A stretch of 63,738 nucleotides of DNA, counting the filler, from Pelomyxa schiedti (taxonomy: Eukaryota > Protista > Evosea): assembly GCA_020536535.1 (NCBI GenBank). It is 6 parts of 6 records of this genome, joined end to end, with 100 filler letters (N's around TTAATTAATTAA, not from the genome) between each part and the next. Parts side by side here need not be neighbours in the genome. Positions count along the whole stretch, not along the records: positions 33,750 to 55,448 come from JAHLWZ010000063.1; positions 55,549 to 56,988 come from JAHLWZ010002503.1; positions 57,089 to 61,514 come from JAHLWZ010001595.1; 3 more parts are not named here. One strand, given 5' to 3'. The notes beneath the pieces are model-generated. The model did not search any database and had not been told where the DNA came from. It worked only from the letters and a program-made list of their open reading frames with translations. How positions within the stretch are numbered: the stretch's first letter is position 1; the number at the start of each line of letters is the position of its first letter. The translations under genes were made by a program, and so were the position numbers. Positions 46,001 to 57,506 of the stretch are shown here, piece after piece.

Positions 46001-49000
46001 AAAACCTGATGAGTCTCACTCAGAGAGTCCATCCCCAGCACTTCCAGGCCCTCCTCCAGTCCAAGCTATTCTGTCTGCAACTATGTTGAAAACACCTACA
46101 GCTCCCCCTCCATCAACATCATCAGATTCCACACAATATGCTGATGCGACTTCCCTTGTTCCTGTGCCATTGAAGTGTGTAGCCACGAATAGTCTTCCAA
46201 CTGCTTCCTCCACCGTTCGGCCATGCAGACAATCTGTGTCAGCCACTTCTCTTCTTACCATCGGTCCTCCTGCCGCAAATTTCCCGCCTCCCCCATTGCC
46301 GCTTCCAGTTCAAGATCAGCCCCCACAGAGAATTAACCACCTAAAACCATCCCCATCACCACCTCCACACAGCAGGGGTTCGTCATCTCCATCCCCGCGA
46401 TCTCGTTCCATATCTCCTCCACCCCCACCACTCCCTCCCATGCCAAATGTACCATGGGTTAAGCAACTACCAGCGACACAGCAGGCACAGCTCCCACTCA
46501 TGCTCTCAATGAGAAAGAAAGCAGTTGATGAACTATGCGCCACTGAAACCATATACCTAGAAAAGCTGAATATAAGTAAGAGTAATTTCCAATACTTAAT
46601 CGTTCACACCTATATTTAGTTGTTTCCCTTGTGTATCACCCACTTTGCAGAGATCGCGAAATATCTCTTTCTGGAGCTGAGATGCTATCAATATTCTGTA
46701 ACATCACCCTTTTACGGGATTATCACAAAAGGTAGACTTTTCTACCTACACGACGGATAGTGAATTAAGTCCCATTAAGATTTAAGAAGGCATTAGAGCA
46801 CCGATTAAAAGTTTGGAACGAAAGTTGCACGTTAGGCGACATTTTCTTACAAGTTTGTATTTATTCATCCACCTTCAAACCAACTTTTCCTAGGCTAAGT
46901 GGCTTATTTTCTATAAAGTACCTCTTTCCCTGTGAAATAAAAGCGAATTTAAACTTTCCATGTCAATAGCATTTTGCAAATAATTTTGATGGAATGAGAA
47001 ATACCATTGCCATGTGCAAGCAAAAGCTATCGACATTCAGTGACTTTCTTAAAGTATTTGAGTTCAATAAACCTGTAAACGCACACTATTTCAGGAATTA
47101 GAGTTCCGTGATATACTGCAGTACCAAAATGTGGAGGGAATGATGATCTCGCTCATTCAAAGGATGCCCAGATGTATGTCAAACGGGAATTGTTACTGGC
47201 TAATTCTTTCAGATATTCTTCTCATTGAGGAGCTAATTAAAAATACACCAAGTACTCATCCTGACCGCCTTCTACTGGAAGGGGCCCTGCAACATTTGAG
47301 ACAAGCTGCTGAATATACCAACACTCAACAAAGGACACCCACAACCCAGGCTCAGCTCCAAAATTTGGAAGACACTATTCATGGACTTCCCATTCAGCTT
47401 ACTGGGCCCCCCTCTGAGGCAGATAGGAAAGGGGACGATGAAACATCCATAAGACAATCGGGATGGAGGGGAATTGGGGGTGTTCCTCGCGCAGTCTTAC
47501 ATAATGGAGAGCTCAATGTGGGTGGCAAGAGATCTAATGTTTGGCTACTTACAGACTTACGTAAAATCCTCATACTCCCTGACTAAACTAACAAAAAAAA
47601 GTCATTGTCACAGGATCTGCTGTACGTAATGGCAAGTTGAACTTGCATCACATTTTCAGTCTTGCCTCTATATCTTTCCCTGGTTTTGATTCCCCTTCTA
47701 CTGCACCAGCTTTCGGTGCTTGTCCTGTTTCCTCTGGCCCTGCTGCACTGAGCCTTGGAGTTGGTGCCTCACTTGGTGGATTGGGGATTGCAAGCGCTAC
47801 TCCTCCTCCAGCGAAGAAATCAAAAACCTTTACTCTAAATACCATGTCTGGGCTACTGATGTTTAAGACTAACAGTGCGGAAGAGTGTGATGTATGGGTG
47901 CAAAAAATTCAAAATGCACTGCAAAAAGTGAAGGCTGCAATGAAATCTTCACCCAAGGTGAGAAAATCCTTATCGTTTCTTGGAACTCATTTCTAACAAG
48001 GTTTGCATTGACCCAAGTGATATGGCAAACAGAGTGGCGGTTTTGGCCTGCTTACATACATCTGAAGCAAAGTACCTGAAGAATCTGGAATTTATTTTCC
48101 AAGTAAGAACACACGTAAAATGCCAATTAACCAGAGCAAGGTCTTCCTATCGAAACCTCTGTGTGCTTTGAAAGCTCACAGAAAGAAGAAAGTATTGTGT
48201 AATTTCTGTCATATAATAAAGGAGCACCAAATGTACCCCTTTTTTTACTTTAATACTTGGGATAACTTGGTAAATAAGGTTTTTAGAGCACATTGACCAG
48301 AGTATACAATCTTGGGATGATGACCTTTATATAGATTTGCTTCCTTCAATACCTGTATCTAGGTCGCACTCTTTCTTTTTATTCACCCAAAACAGTCCAG
48401 ATTCAAAAAGGTGTACAAAGTCTATTTCAAGTTCCGTTTTGGCGGTTTTCTCGAAATTCTGCACTCTCCTGCTTATCTAGAATATATCAATGTAGTATCT
48501 TTCTTTCGTTTCTTTTCATCATTGATTTATCTCCTAGGCGCCAGATAACGAACCTCCAAATGCCACACCTGACATTTGTACATTAAAGCCCGACACCAGA
48601 GGCAGAAGGAGAACGCACTCAACAGATCACTCACAAAGTCTTGAACCTCCTACTTTCCCAGCGACTCAGGAAACTGTACTAAGCTGGCTGGATAAACCTC
48701 TCAAACGATTACAGGAGTATTATTTGATGTCTCAAGTATTACCCCATTTTGTCAACAAGAATCCTGACCACAATCAAAGGATGTGTTCGACCACTCATAC
48801 TCCAAGAGTAAAGACTACGAGCCCCTGCACGATATGCTCGTAACCATGCATTCATTTCTCACCAAAACTGCTTCCCATTGCCCTGACGGTACTATCACCC
48901 CGATCCCACCTCCATCACCCATGGTCCAGGCTGAGCAAAGTAACAGTCCCGACAACAAAGTTTCGCCACCTCCGCCGACCCCACTGACTCTTTCAGCGAA

Positions 49001-49781
49001 AGCAATCCTCAACAGTAAAATCTCACCTCCGCCATCATCGGTACCCCCTCCCTTAACCATTCCACCTCCGCCATCGCTGGCTTCAGATATAATTTCCCCG
49101 GCCACGAAGCGCCGGTTCACGGCCTCGCCGCCGTGCACGCCGCCCGTTCCTCCCCCGAGCGAATCAAACAACCAGTCGCCCTCCCCACCACTCACCACGG
49201 CCCTCTCCGTTCCCAGCTGTACAGTAGCCATAGCCCGCGGAATCAGCCCCAAGACACACTCCCTGATTCCACCACCCAATTCCATCCCCCCGCCACCATC
49301 AGCGATTCCAACACCACCAACACCAACAACCACAACAACTACTACTACCACCACTAGCACAATACTGCTACTGTCACCAACCACGGGTGCCCGGACCTCA
49401 CCCTCAACATCACCATCATGCATCACCCCCGCATCGGCGATCCCACCACCGCCACCATCGTGCAATCCCTCGCACATTCCCCCGCCGCCGAGCACCGTGG
49501 TGAGAATTCCAATTCCACCCCCGCCGGGCCTCCCGACGCCCATCCCATCGCCCCACCACTCATCATCATCATCATCATCGAAACAAGGTGGTGGTGGTGG
49601 TGGTGGTGGTTCCACCACTGACCCGCCACCGCCATTCCGGGAGTCAACACTGATTCCGCCTCCACCCACACCCGGTACCAGCATCAGCAGCGGCGGGGGT
49701 GGCGGGGGGGCTGTTCTATCCGCGGCGGCGCTGCTTCTGGGCCCAACCCCGAACCACCACTCCCCCTCTAAAAGCACCTGA
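43055..49781 (+). CDS. Large Pro-rich Rho regulator: degenerate RhoGAP-like domain + DH-PH + second DH, multi-exon
   Basis: GAP-like 'LIKFLKYLTESLFP..LRIMINSL'. DH1 'RKKAVDELCATETIYLEKL..IFCNI..LGDIFL..LIQRMPRYILLIEELIKNTPSTHPD'. PH 'VWLLTDL..WVQKIQNAL'. DH2 'LHTSEAKYLKNL..WLDKPLKRLQEY'. Stop 49781. Confidence 0.8.
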
Positions 49782-49901
49782 TATTGTAAAAAAGCCGTTC
49801 CACAATACTCGGAATCAAAGCTACAAAGTACATGCATGTCGGACGACGACCAGGAAGACGCACTTATGTTTTGTTGGCACCCACGGTAACAAGTAAAAGA
49901 G

Positions 49902-50411
49902 GGAGCCTTTCTTTTGTTTGTTTGTGGCCTATCTGCTTAAAAATGTGTACAACCATAGAAGGAGCCAGGCAAGACAGACCAGGAGCAAAATCCCTGTTGG
50001 CACTCCTCGTCTACTCTTCCTTTTACACTTGGGGTCGACATAGTTCAGGCAGCGCAGTTGTGTCTCAGGGTCAAGGTGAAATTCCCAGGATACAGTCCGA
50101 GAACTTGTGGAAATTGATGGAATCAGCCAGCGCAGGGTTTCAAAATCAAGGAATCTCGGAATCACTCCCACGTAAGGCTTGGGGGCTATACACTGATAAT
50201 ATGCACAGCCATTCGAGTCTATCAAATTGGCGCGTATGAAGAGTCTATAGCCAGTAAGCCAGTGCCCGTTATTGACGGTTGCCCACAGCGTCAAAACGTG
50301 TGTAACAAGGTTGAGCTCCCACTTCACTGTGGCGGAGCGTCCTGGTTCTGGCTTAGGCCATTGATAAGTATCCGAAATTGTGTGAGAAAATGCGGGGTTA
50401 CGACAGAGAAT
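49902..50411 (-). repeat. Near-identical duplicate of the 3' end of the 52750-54974 gene (52724-53232)
   Basis: Direct alignment with scattered substitutions. Confidence 0.88.
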
Positions 50412-50511
50412 NNNNNNNNNNNNNNNNNNNNNNNNNNNNNNNNNNNNNNNNNNNNNNNNNNNNNNNNNNNNNNNNNNNNNNNNNNNNNNNNNNNNNNNNN
50501 NNNNNNNNNNN

Positions 50512-51220
50512 CCCGAGCGAATCAAACAACCAGTCGCCCTCCCCACCACTCACCACGGCCCTCTCCGTTCCCAGCTGTACAGTAGCCATAGCCCGCGGAA
50601 TCAGCCCCAAGACACACTCCCTTATTCCACCACCCAATTCCATCCCCCCTCCACCATCAGCGATTCCAACACCAACAACCACAACAACAACAACTACTAC
50701 TACCACCACTAGCACGATACTGCTACTGTCACCAACCACGGGTGCCCGGACCTCACCCTCGGCATCACCATCATGCATCACCCCCGCATCGGCGATCCCA
50801 CCACCGCCACTATCGTGCAATCCCTCGCACATTCCCCCGCCGCCGAGCACCGTGGTGAGAATTCCAATTCCACCCCCGCCGGCCCTCCCGACGCCCATCC
50901 CATCGCCCCACCACTCATCATCATCATCATCGAAACAAGGTGGTTCCACCACTGACCCGCCACCGCCATTCCGGGAGTCAACACTGATTCCGCCTCCACC
51001 CACACCCGGCACAACGACGAGTACCAGTACCAGCATCAGCATCAGCAGCGGCTGCGGGGGTGGCGGGGGGGCTGTTCTATCCGCGGCGGCGCTGCTTCTG
51101 GGCCCAACCCCAACCCCGAACCACCACTCCCCCTCTAAAAGCACCTGACATTGTAAAAAAGCCGTTCCACAATACTCGGAACCAAAGCTACAAAGTACAG
51201 GCATGTCGGACCAGGAAGAC
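50512..51220 (+). repeat. Near-identical duplicate of the 3' end of the RhoGEF gene (49154-49857), probably a second haplotype
   Basis: Same 'PSESNNQ..HHSPSKST*' with indels in poly-Thr/Gly tracts, immediately after a 100-N gap. Confidence 0.85.
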
Positions 51221-52453
51221 GACGCCGTGTCGGCAAGCAAGAGGCCGCGGTGTACAGCAGCAATAAACAGCAGCGACCAAAGCACGGCACAAGGGGGGCA
51301 GGGGCGGAGGGCCTAAACCGGCCTGTGGGACCCAGGGTGGTGCCTGCCCCACGCCGACGTGCCCATCCCACAACGAGGCCCCAGGGCTGGACCAGCGACG
51401 TGTGCCGACATCGACATCGACTGCGACCCGCCAGCCGCCCGAGGGGTACAGTGGCAGGGTCAGGGGGAGGGGCTTCTTACATGTACAATTTGGCGGCTGC
51501 CATCGACAAGGTGCACCTGTGTGTGTGCGCGTGCGTGCATACATCTATGATGTGCTGCGTTGGAATTTGGCTGTGTGGGATTGACTTGTGGGAATGCCCC
51601 AGGCCGGTGCGGACATTACCAAGGGAGTGGACACGCTGGTAAAATTCATGAAGCTGCGCGTTGACAATCTTCTTGAGGAGAGGCGTGCCTCTTGAGCGAT
51701 GTATCAAAGACCCACGAGGTTGTGCCACTATTTTTCAAACCACTGCTAACTCAAGTCAATTAGGAGTCCTTCGAACACCTTAAACTTCACAACTCAATTC
51801 TTTGACAACAAAACAGAAGGTAAATAGTTCACCAATATCGCAACTCATTTCTTTCAGGTTTTTCTTCCTACAGTGAGAATAGAATCAATATTTCAAGGCT
51901 CTTGTGGTGCCATTTCAGTTGTCAGAGGTGTGTGCATGTGCATGGGCTGAGGTTGAATTAATTTAACGTCGATAAGGCAAACACATCCTGGACATTCCCT
52001 GTGCCGTTTTGCGGATTGTCGTCTCGTACCTTCCACAGGATTCATTCCAGAGGCGTTTTAGCGGGGGCCGGGATTTCCGGAAGGTTGCAGAAACCTCCAG
52101 TAAGTAGTCGCCCATAATTCAATGACCAACATTTTACAGTCCTTGAAAGTTTCGCTTCATGTTGGATGATTTCCGAGTTGACTGCACAGGGTTTCTCAGA
52201 ATCCACCTCTCCTGTGAAGAGTATCGGTAAGGGTAAGCTCAAGACACCCCTGGCAGACATCAATTTCAAGGCAATAGTAAAGTCACCAGCATCATCCAGC
52301 CCTCATATCACTGTAACAATTGCAGTTCGCAAGATAAAAATGGGACACCTTTTCCCTGTGAAATTGGGCTTGGACCTGGCCGGCTACCAAAAACGCTACT
52401 TCACAGTGCAGCCTAAGCAAATGAGAGATATCTCCCTTGGCAAAATGCACTAG
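51203..52453 (+). pseudogene. Possible degraded multi-exon gene present in only one of the two copies
   Basis: ATG 'MSDQEDDAVSASKRPR', GT-AG bounded fragments and ORF 52166-52453, interrupted by stops. Confidence 0.3.
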
Positions 52454-52749
52454 ACGGCAACATACAGATGATAGCAACAATTGAGAGTATCAACCAGGAA
52501 TAGCCATTTCATATCCAACAACACAACCATACACCCGTGGAAACAAAGGCCCTGTTGGAGAAATAGCGGGAAAAAAAATTAAATTTCTCAGTCTTTTTTG
52601 ACGGGAAAATTATGCATGGGGATGCAAAGAGATATGTCACTCTTTTACTTGTTACCGTGGGTGCCAACAAAACATAAGTGCGTAGTATGACGGAGATGGA
52701 ACGGGTGGGTGATTATTATTAGTGAGCCTTTCTTTTGTTTGTTTGTGGC

Positions 52750-54974
52750 CTATTTGCTTAAAAATGTGTACAACCATAGAAGGAGCCAGGCAAAACAAAC
52801 CAGGAGCAAAATCCCTGTTGGCACTCCTCGTCTACTTTTCCTTTTACACTTAAAGCGGACATAGTTCAGGCAGCGCAGTTGTGTCTCAGGGTCAAGTGGA
52901 AATTCCCAGAATACAGTCCGGGAACTTGTGGAAATTGATGGAATCAGCCAGCGCAGGGTTTCAAAATCAAGGAATCTCGGAATCACTCCCACGTAAGGCT
53001 TGGGGGCTATACACTGATAATATGCACAGCCATTTGAGTCTATCAAATTGGCGCGTATGAAGAGTCTATAGCCAGTAAGCCAGTGCCCGTTATTGACGGT
53101 TGCCCACAGCTTCAAAACGTGTGTAACAAGGTTGAGCTCCCACTTCACTGTGGCGGAGCGTCCTGGTTCTGGCTTAGGCCATTGATAAGTATCCGAAATT
53201 GTGTGAGAAAATGCGGGGTTACGACAGAGAATNNNNNNNNNNNNNNNNNNNNNNNNNNNNNNNNNNNNNNNNNNNNNNNNNNNNNNNNNNNNNNNNNNNN
53301 NNNNNNNNNNNNNNNNNNNNNNNNNNNNNNNNTCAAAACGTGTGTAACAAGGTTGAGCTCCCACTTCACTGTGGCGGAGCGTCCTGGTTCTGGCTTAGGC
53401 CATTGATAAGTATCCGAAATTGTGTGAGAAAATGCGGGGTTACGACAGAGAATATCTGGTGACCAAGGTTAATGATTTTGTGGGGAACAAGCTTGAGTAC
53501 AAACGGCGGTGGGGTTCAGCAAGTTTTCTTAGTTGCTTTTCTTTTTCCTCCAACGATTGTTCCACCTCTTGGGTGTATTTTAAATTCAGAGCGGTAACTG
53601 CCATTTGGTTGACTTGGAGAACGCCCGATTTCTCGCTTACAGCTTCAGGGAAACTCGCCTGAACATCCTTTATCGAGGTTAGGTTCAATATAGCCAATTT
53701 ATAACAACCTGGGCCATCACACCAATATGTTTTTCCGTCTCCCCAGGGTACGAAAACTTGCATACTGGTAAATGCCGAAGTCGAGATGATACATCCTGTT
53801 CCATTGTGTGTACGTTTTCTTTTCTTCTTGAATCGGAAAGAGTATAATAGTTTTTAGCATATGCATTTGTGCAATGAAATTCCGAAACGCTGGATTTGGT
53901 TAGAGACTTCCAAAGGAGGGGTAACTCACTATTCGCTTTCACATTGACAAAAAGAGGGATACGGAAGTTGAGGGTTTGTGCACGGGGATGGGGTTTCTTC
54001 TTGACGGGTAGTGCTATGTATGGAAGGAAGATCGGAGTCGACACACTGAGTAGTGGGCTGAGGGTCACCCGGATTACCAAGAATATCCTCAAATGTAGAA
54101 GGATATTCAAAAAGTAGAGGCAGAGGTGATGGCCCGGTAGTAACAGGAGTTGCAGTGTTCAGTGCCGGCACTGCCAAGGGAGGCGGTTGCGTTGGCCCAC
54201 TATATCCCCCACCCAATCCCATAGCCGGAGGTGCCCCATTGTACAGGGGAGGTCGAATTGTAATTACACCTGCACCGGGACCGGGACTAGCATAGTTAGC
54301 AGTGAGTGTAGTAGTACTCGTGCTTGTCTGGTTGTAGCCACCACCATATGCAGTGGTGCAGCTACATTCGCCATCCCACGCAGCGCTTTGCCGTCCGTCC
54401 ACAGCAGCCGACAGAGGGACAACAGTGTCGACGACTAGGCAGCTACTTGCACCGGCTGAACTGTTAGTAGTGGCACTCGTGGTTGTAATGGCGGTAGTAC
54501 TAGTACTGGTATGAGCACGGGCACCGGTACCGTCTGTTCGAACTATCTTACGGGGTCTTTTGGCGGAGTGGTTTCCCCTCTTCTTAGCTCGAAAACCGTG
54601 GNNNNNNNNNNNNNNNNGGTTGTAATGGCGGTAGTACTAGTACTGGTATGAGCACGGGCACCGGTACCGTCTGTTCGAACTATCTTACGGGGTCTTTTGG
54701 CGGAGTGGTTTCCCCTCTTCTTAGCTCGAAAACCGTGGCGGTCGCGGTGCGTCTGCCTCTTTTTGTGCGGCGTTAGGCAGTTCTCGCAGCCTTTTTCTTT
54801 GCAGTACCAGACAACGCAGTCAGGGTGGAGGACCATGCACTCAGCTAAATTCGATGTCTTACCGGTGCCATAATCGTCCGTGATGTTGTGCTTTGTGCAC
54901 TTGTATGTGCCATCGGGTACCTTATTCGTCTCATCTTCTTCATCATCATCACCATCATCATCATCATCAGACAT
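52750..54974 (-). CDS. Hypothetical protein with acidic N-terminus, Cys/His (possible Zn-finger) region, basic NLS-like stretch and Pro/Thr linker
   Basis: 'MSDDDDDG..YKCTKH..ECMVLHPDCVVWYCKEKGCENCLTPHKKRQTHRDRH..AKKR..KRPRK', continuing through ORFs 53929-54402, 53440-53763 and 52750-53232. Confidence 0.5.
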
Positions 54975-55183
54975 GTCTCGTGTTTCAACTTTGAAAAATC
55001 TTCCGGTAAGAAAAACCAAAAATACAAAGAAGGGGAAAAAATGGGTATTACACAGGTATTTCAAACGACGTTGGGTATTACACCAGAGGGGATTTATATA
55101 CTCAACAAAACTACAAGAAGTACAACAAACCCGGTCAACAACAGCAGACACAAACAAAAAAGTAAGCTTCAAAACAAACAAAC

Positions 55184-55448
55184 ATGGCCACAAGGCTTAC
55201 ATGCCCTTCATGCCACAAACTTGTTGCTGAACTTGTGGACAAATCACTGCACGTGCACGGAAACATGGAGATGGGCGACACCTGGAAATGTGGGGACTGC
55301 CATGTTCCCTTGACTGGCAGCACTGGTACCACGGCCGCACTTGGCGGCGTCGACCTTGTACCCGGCGACTGGCTCAAGACTGAAAGCCCCTATGGAGACC
55401 TCTACTACCACCATTTCATCTACGTCGGCAACGGCCAGTTCGTGAGCA
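55184..55448 (+). CDS. LRAT/NC-domain (permuted NlpC/P60) protein with N-terminal CxxC..CxxC module, truncated by scaffold end
   Basis: 'LVPGDWLKT..LYYHHFIYVGNGQFV' fits LRAT 'PGD+I....Y.H..IYVG.G.V', preceded by 'CPSC' and 'CGDC'. Confidence 0.65.
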
Positions 55449-55549
55449 NNNNNNNNNNNNNNNNNNNNNNNNNNNNNNNNNNNNNNNNNNNNTTAATTAA
55501 TTAANNNNNNNNNNNNNNNNNNNNNNNNNNNNNNNNNNNNNNNNNNNNA

Positions 55550-56560
55550 GTGGCCCAGAGGTCGTCGTCAGAGGCAAATCCCCCCTGGTTCCACAACAAC
55601 ACCCCCAATGCTGCAACAGCCCCAATCATCCCAACCCAACCAAAATTCAAGCAAATCAGGCCCGGACTATGCCACTTTGGCTGCTTTATCCAAAATCCAT
55701 GCTCCATATCAAATGAATGAAGAAATCATGGCCAAATACTGTATGAAGACCTTATGTATTACTTTTTCTCCCCAAACTCACAATCAACAGGTTTTTTTGA
55801 CAACAACGAAATCAATTTCACGATCCCTGTTTCTCCGGAACATCCTCCTGCACACGCTATTATCGTCTTGACGCACACCCAATTTGAGTCACACCCACCT
55901 CCATTCTCACCAAGTGCTGCCCGCATCCCACCCGGAGGCCCAACCGGCTGGAAACTACGCGGGTGGATTACTGGTGCGGAATGGAGGGCTTTGGGCGGGT
56001 GTCGCACTCCAAATCCCCCCCAATTGTCAAGCTCGAAATTTGTGACTGTGCGCAATCCATGAGTGGCCCAGAGGTCGTCGTCAGAGGCAAATTCCGCCCG
56101 GTTCCACAGCAGCACCCCCAATGCTGCAACAGCCCCAATCATCCCAACCCAACCAAAATTCAAGCAAATCAGGCCCGGACTATGTTGGCCATCCGAAATT
56201 CATGCTGCTCCGGGTGATTTTATTCCAAGTTCGGACTCCGGCCAAATACTGTATGATGACCTTTGTACTTTTTCTCCCCAAACTCACAATCAACAGTTTT
56301 TTTTTTGACAACAACGACATCAATTTCACGATCCCTGATTCCCCGGAACATCCTCCTGCGCACGCTATTATTGTCTTGACACACACCCCCCAACATGAGT
56401 TGCACCCACCTCCATTCTCACCAAGTGCCGCCCGCATTCCAGCCGGAGGCCCAACCGGCTGGAAACCCCCCCGCGGGTGGATTACTGGTGCAGAATGGAG
56501 GGCTTTGGGCGGGTGTAACTCGTTGGGGCTCTAAATCCCCCCCCAATTGTCAAGCGCGGA
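55550..56560. repeat. Two imperfect tandem copies of a ~513-bp unit
   Basis: 'gtggcccagaggtcgtcgtcagaggcaaat' at 55550 and 56063, with colinear similarity over about 500 bp. Confidence 0.85.
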
Positions 56561-57306
56561 ATCTGGAACCGCACGCAGTTGCGCAACCTCCGAAAAGCAG
56601 CAACAGAACCCCATCACCACCAATGCAGGTCAGTTGCATCCACATCCACAGTCATCACCAGTGCCGTGTCACCATGCACGTTTCTGCACCACCAGTGCCC
56701 ACAACTCACACACTCACACCACTCACACACCAACATCGAATCATCATTGTAACCAGTACCAGTACTACAACTACAACACCTCCTGCAATCACTTTTCTTT
56801 TTTTTCGATTTTTTGTTGTTGCCGGTAGATTGGAGTGCACCCTAACTCCAAAAATTTCCCAATTTGCGCGTCAAATCCGAACCAAAGTGAGCCTCCAAAT
56901 TGCTTAACTAGTGCACACTTTGGACAAAGTGGAGGGATTTCAAAGTGGCACCGCTTTGAGCATTCTCAAATTGGGCACAAATTGGGGANNNNNNNNNNNN
57001 NNNNNNNNNNNNNNNNNNNNNNNNNNNNNNNNTTAATTAATTAANNNNNNNNNNNNNNNNNNNNNNNNNNNNNNNNNNNNNNNNNNNNAAAGTGCTCGAG
57101 GGGTGATGTTTGATCGGTGCTGATGGACAAAAGCCGGCGGTTACTCGATGTCAGTGGACGATGCTTTTTGAAAAAAACTAAACTGTCGTCGTAGTTCTTA
57201 AATTGCCAGCTAGATCAACTGATCAACTGATCAAAGTGGAAAAAGTTGATCTTGATCACCCGCATTTCGAGAAAGCGTTTCCTGTGAATAGACCGATAAC
57301 GACAAT

Positions 57307-57451
57307 TGGCAGAATAAAAAAAACACCAGACCGCCGATACTGAGCTACGATACTGCTATTTTATGGCAATAACATAATCAACAGCCCGGAACGCTGTCAT
57401 TTTCGTTATCATCGCTCAGGATCGGCGGTCTGGTGTTTTTTTATTCTGCCA
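57307..57451. mobile_element. MITE-like element, ~145 bp with ~45-bp terminal inverted repeats
   Basis: Left arm 'tggcagaataaaaaaaacaccagaccgccgatactgagc' is nearly the reverse complement of right arm 'gctcaggatcggcggtctggtgtttttttattctgcca'. A second partial copy lies at 21813-21878. Confidence 0.65.
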
Positions 57452-57506
57452 CCAGCATTAATGCAGTTCACCTCCCTGCAAAGGGGTAGAAAAACCCGGT
57501 GAGATC

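Noticed and set aside
48815-49837. Long antisense Gly/Val-rich ORFs (also 50398-51285, 25498-25959, 23584-24252, 29688-30476, 37126-37704, 6791-7660)
   Set aside because: Shadow ORFs opposite low-complexity or GC-rich coding exons.
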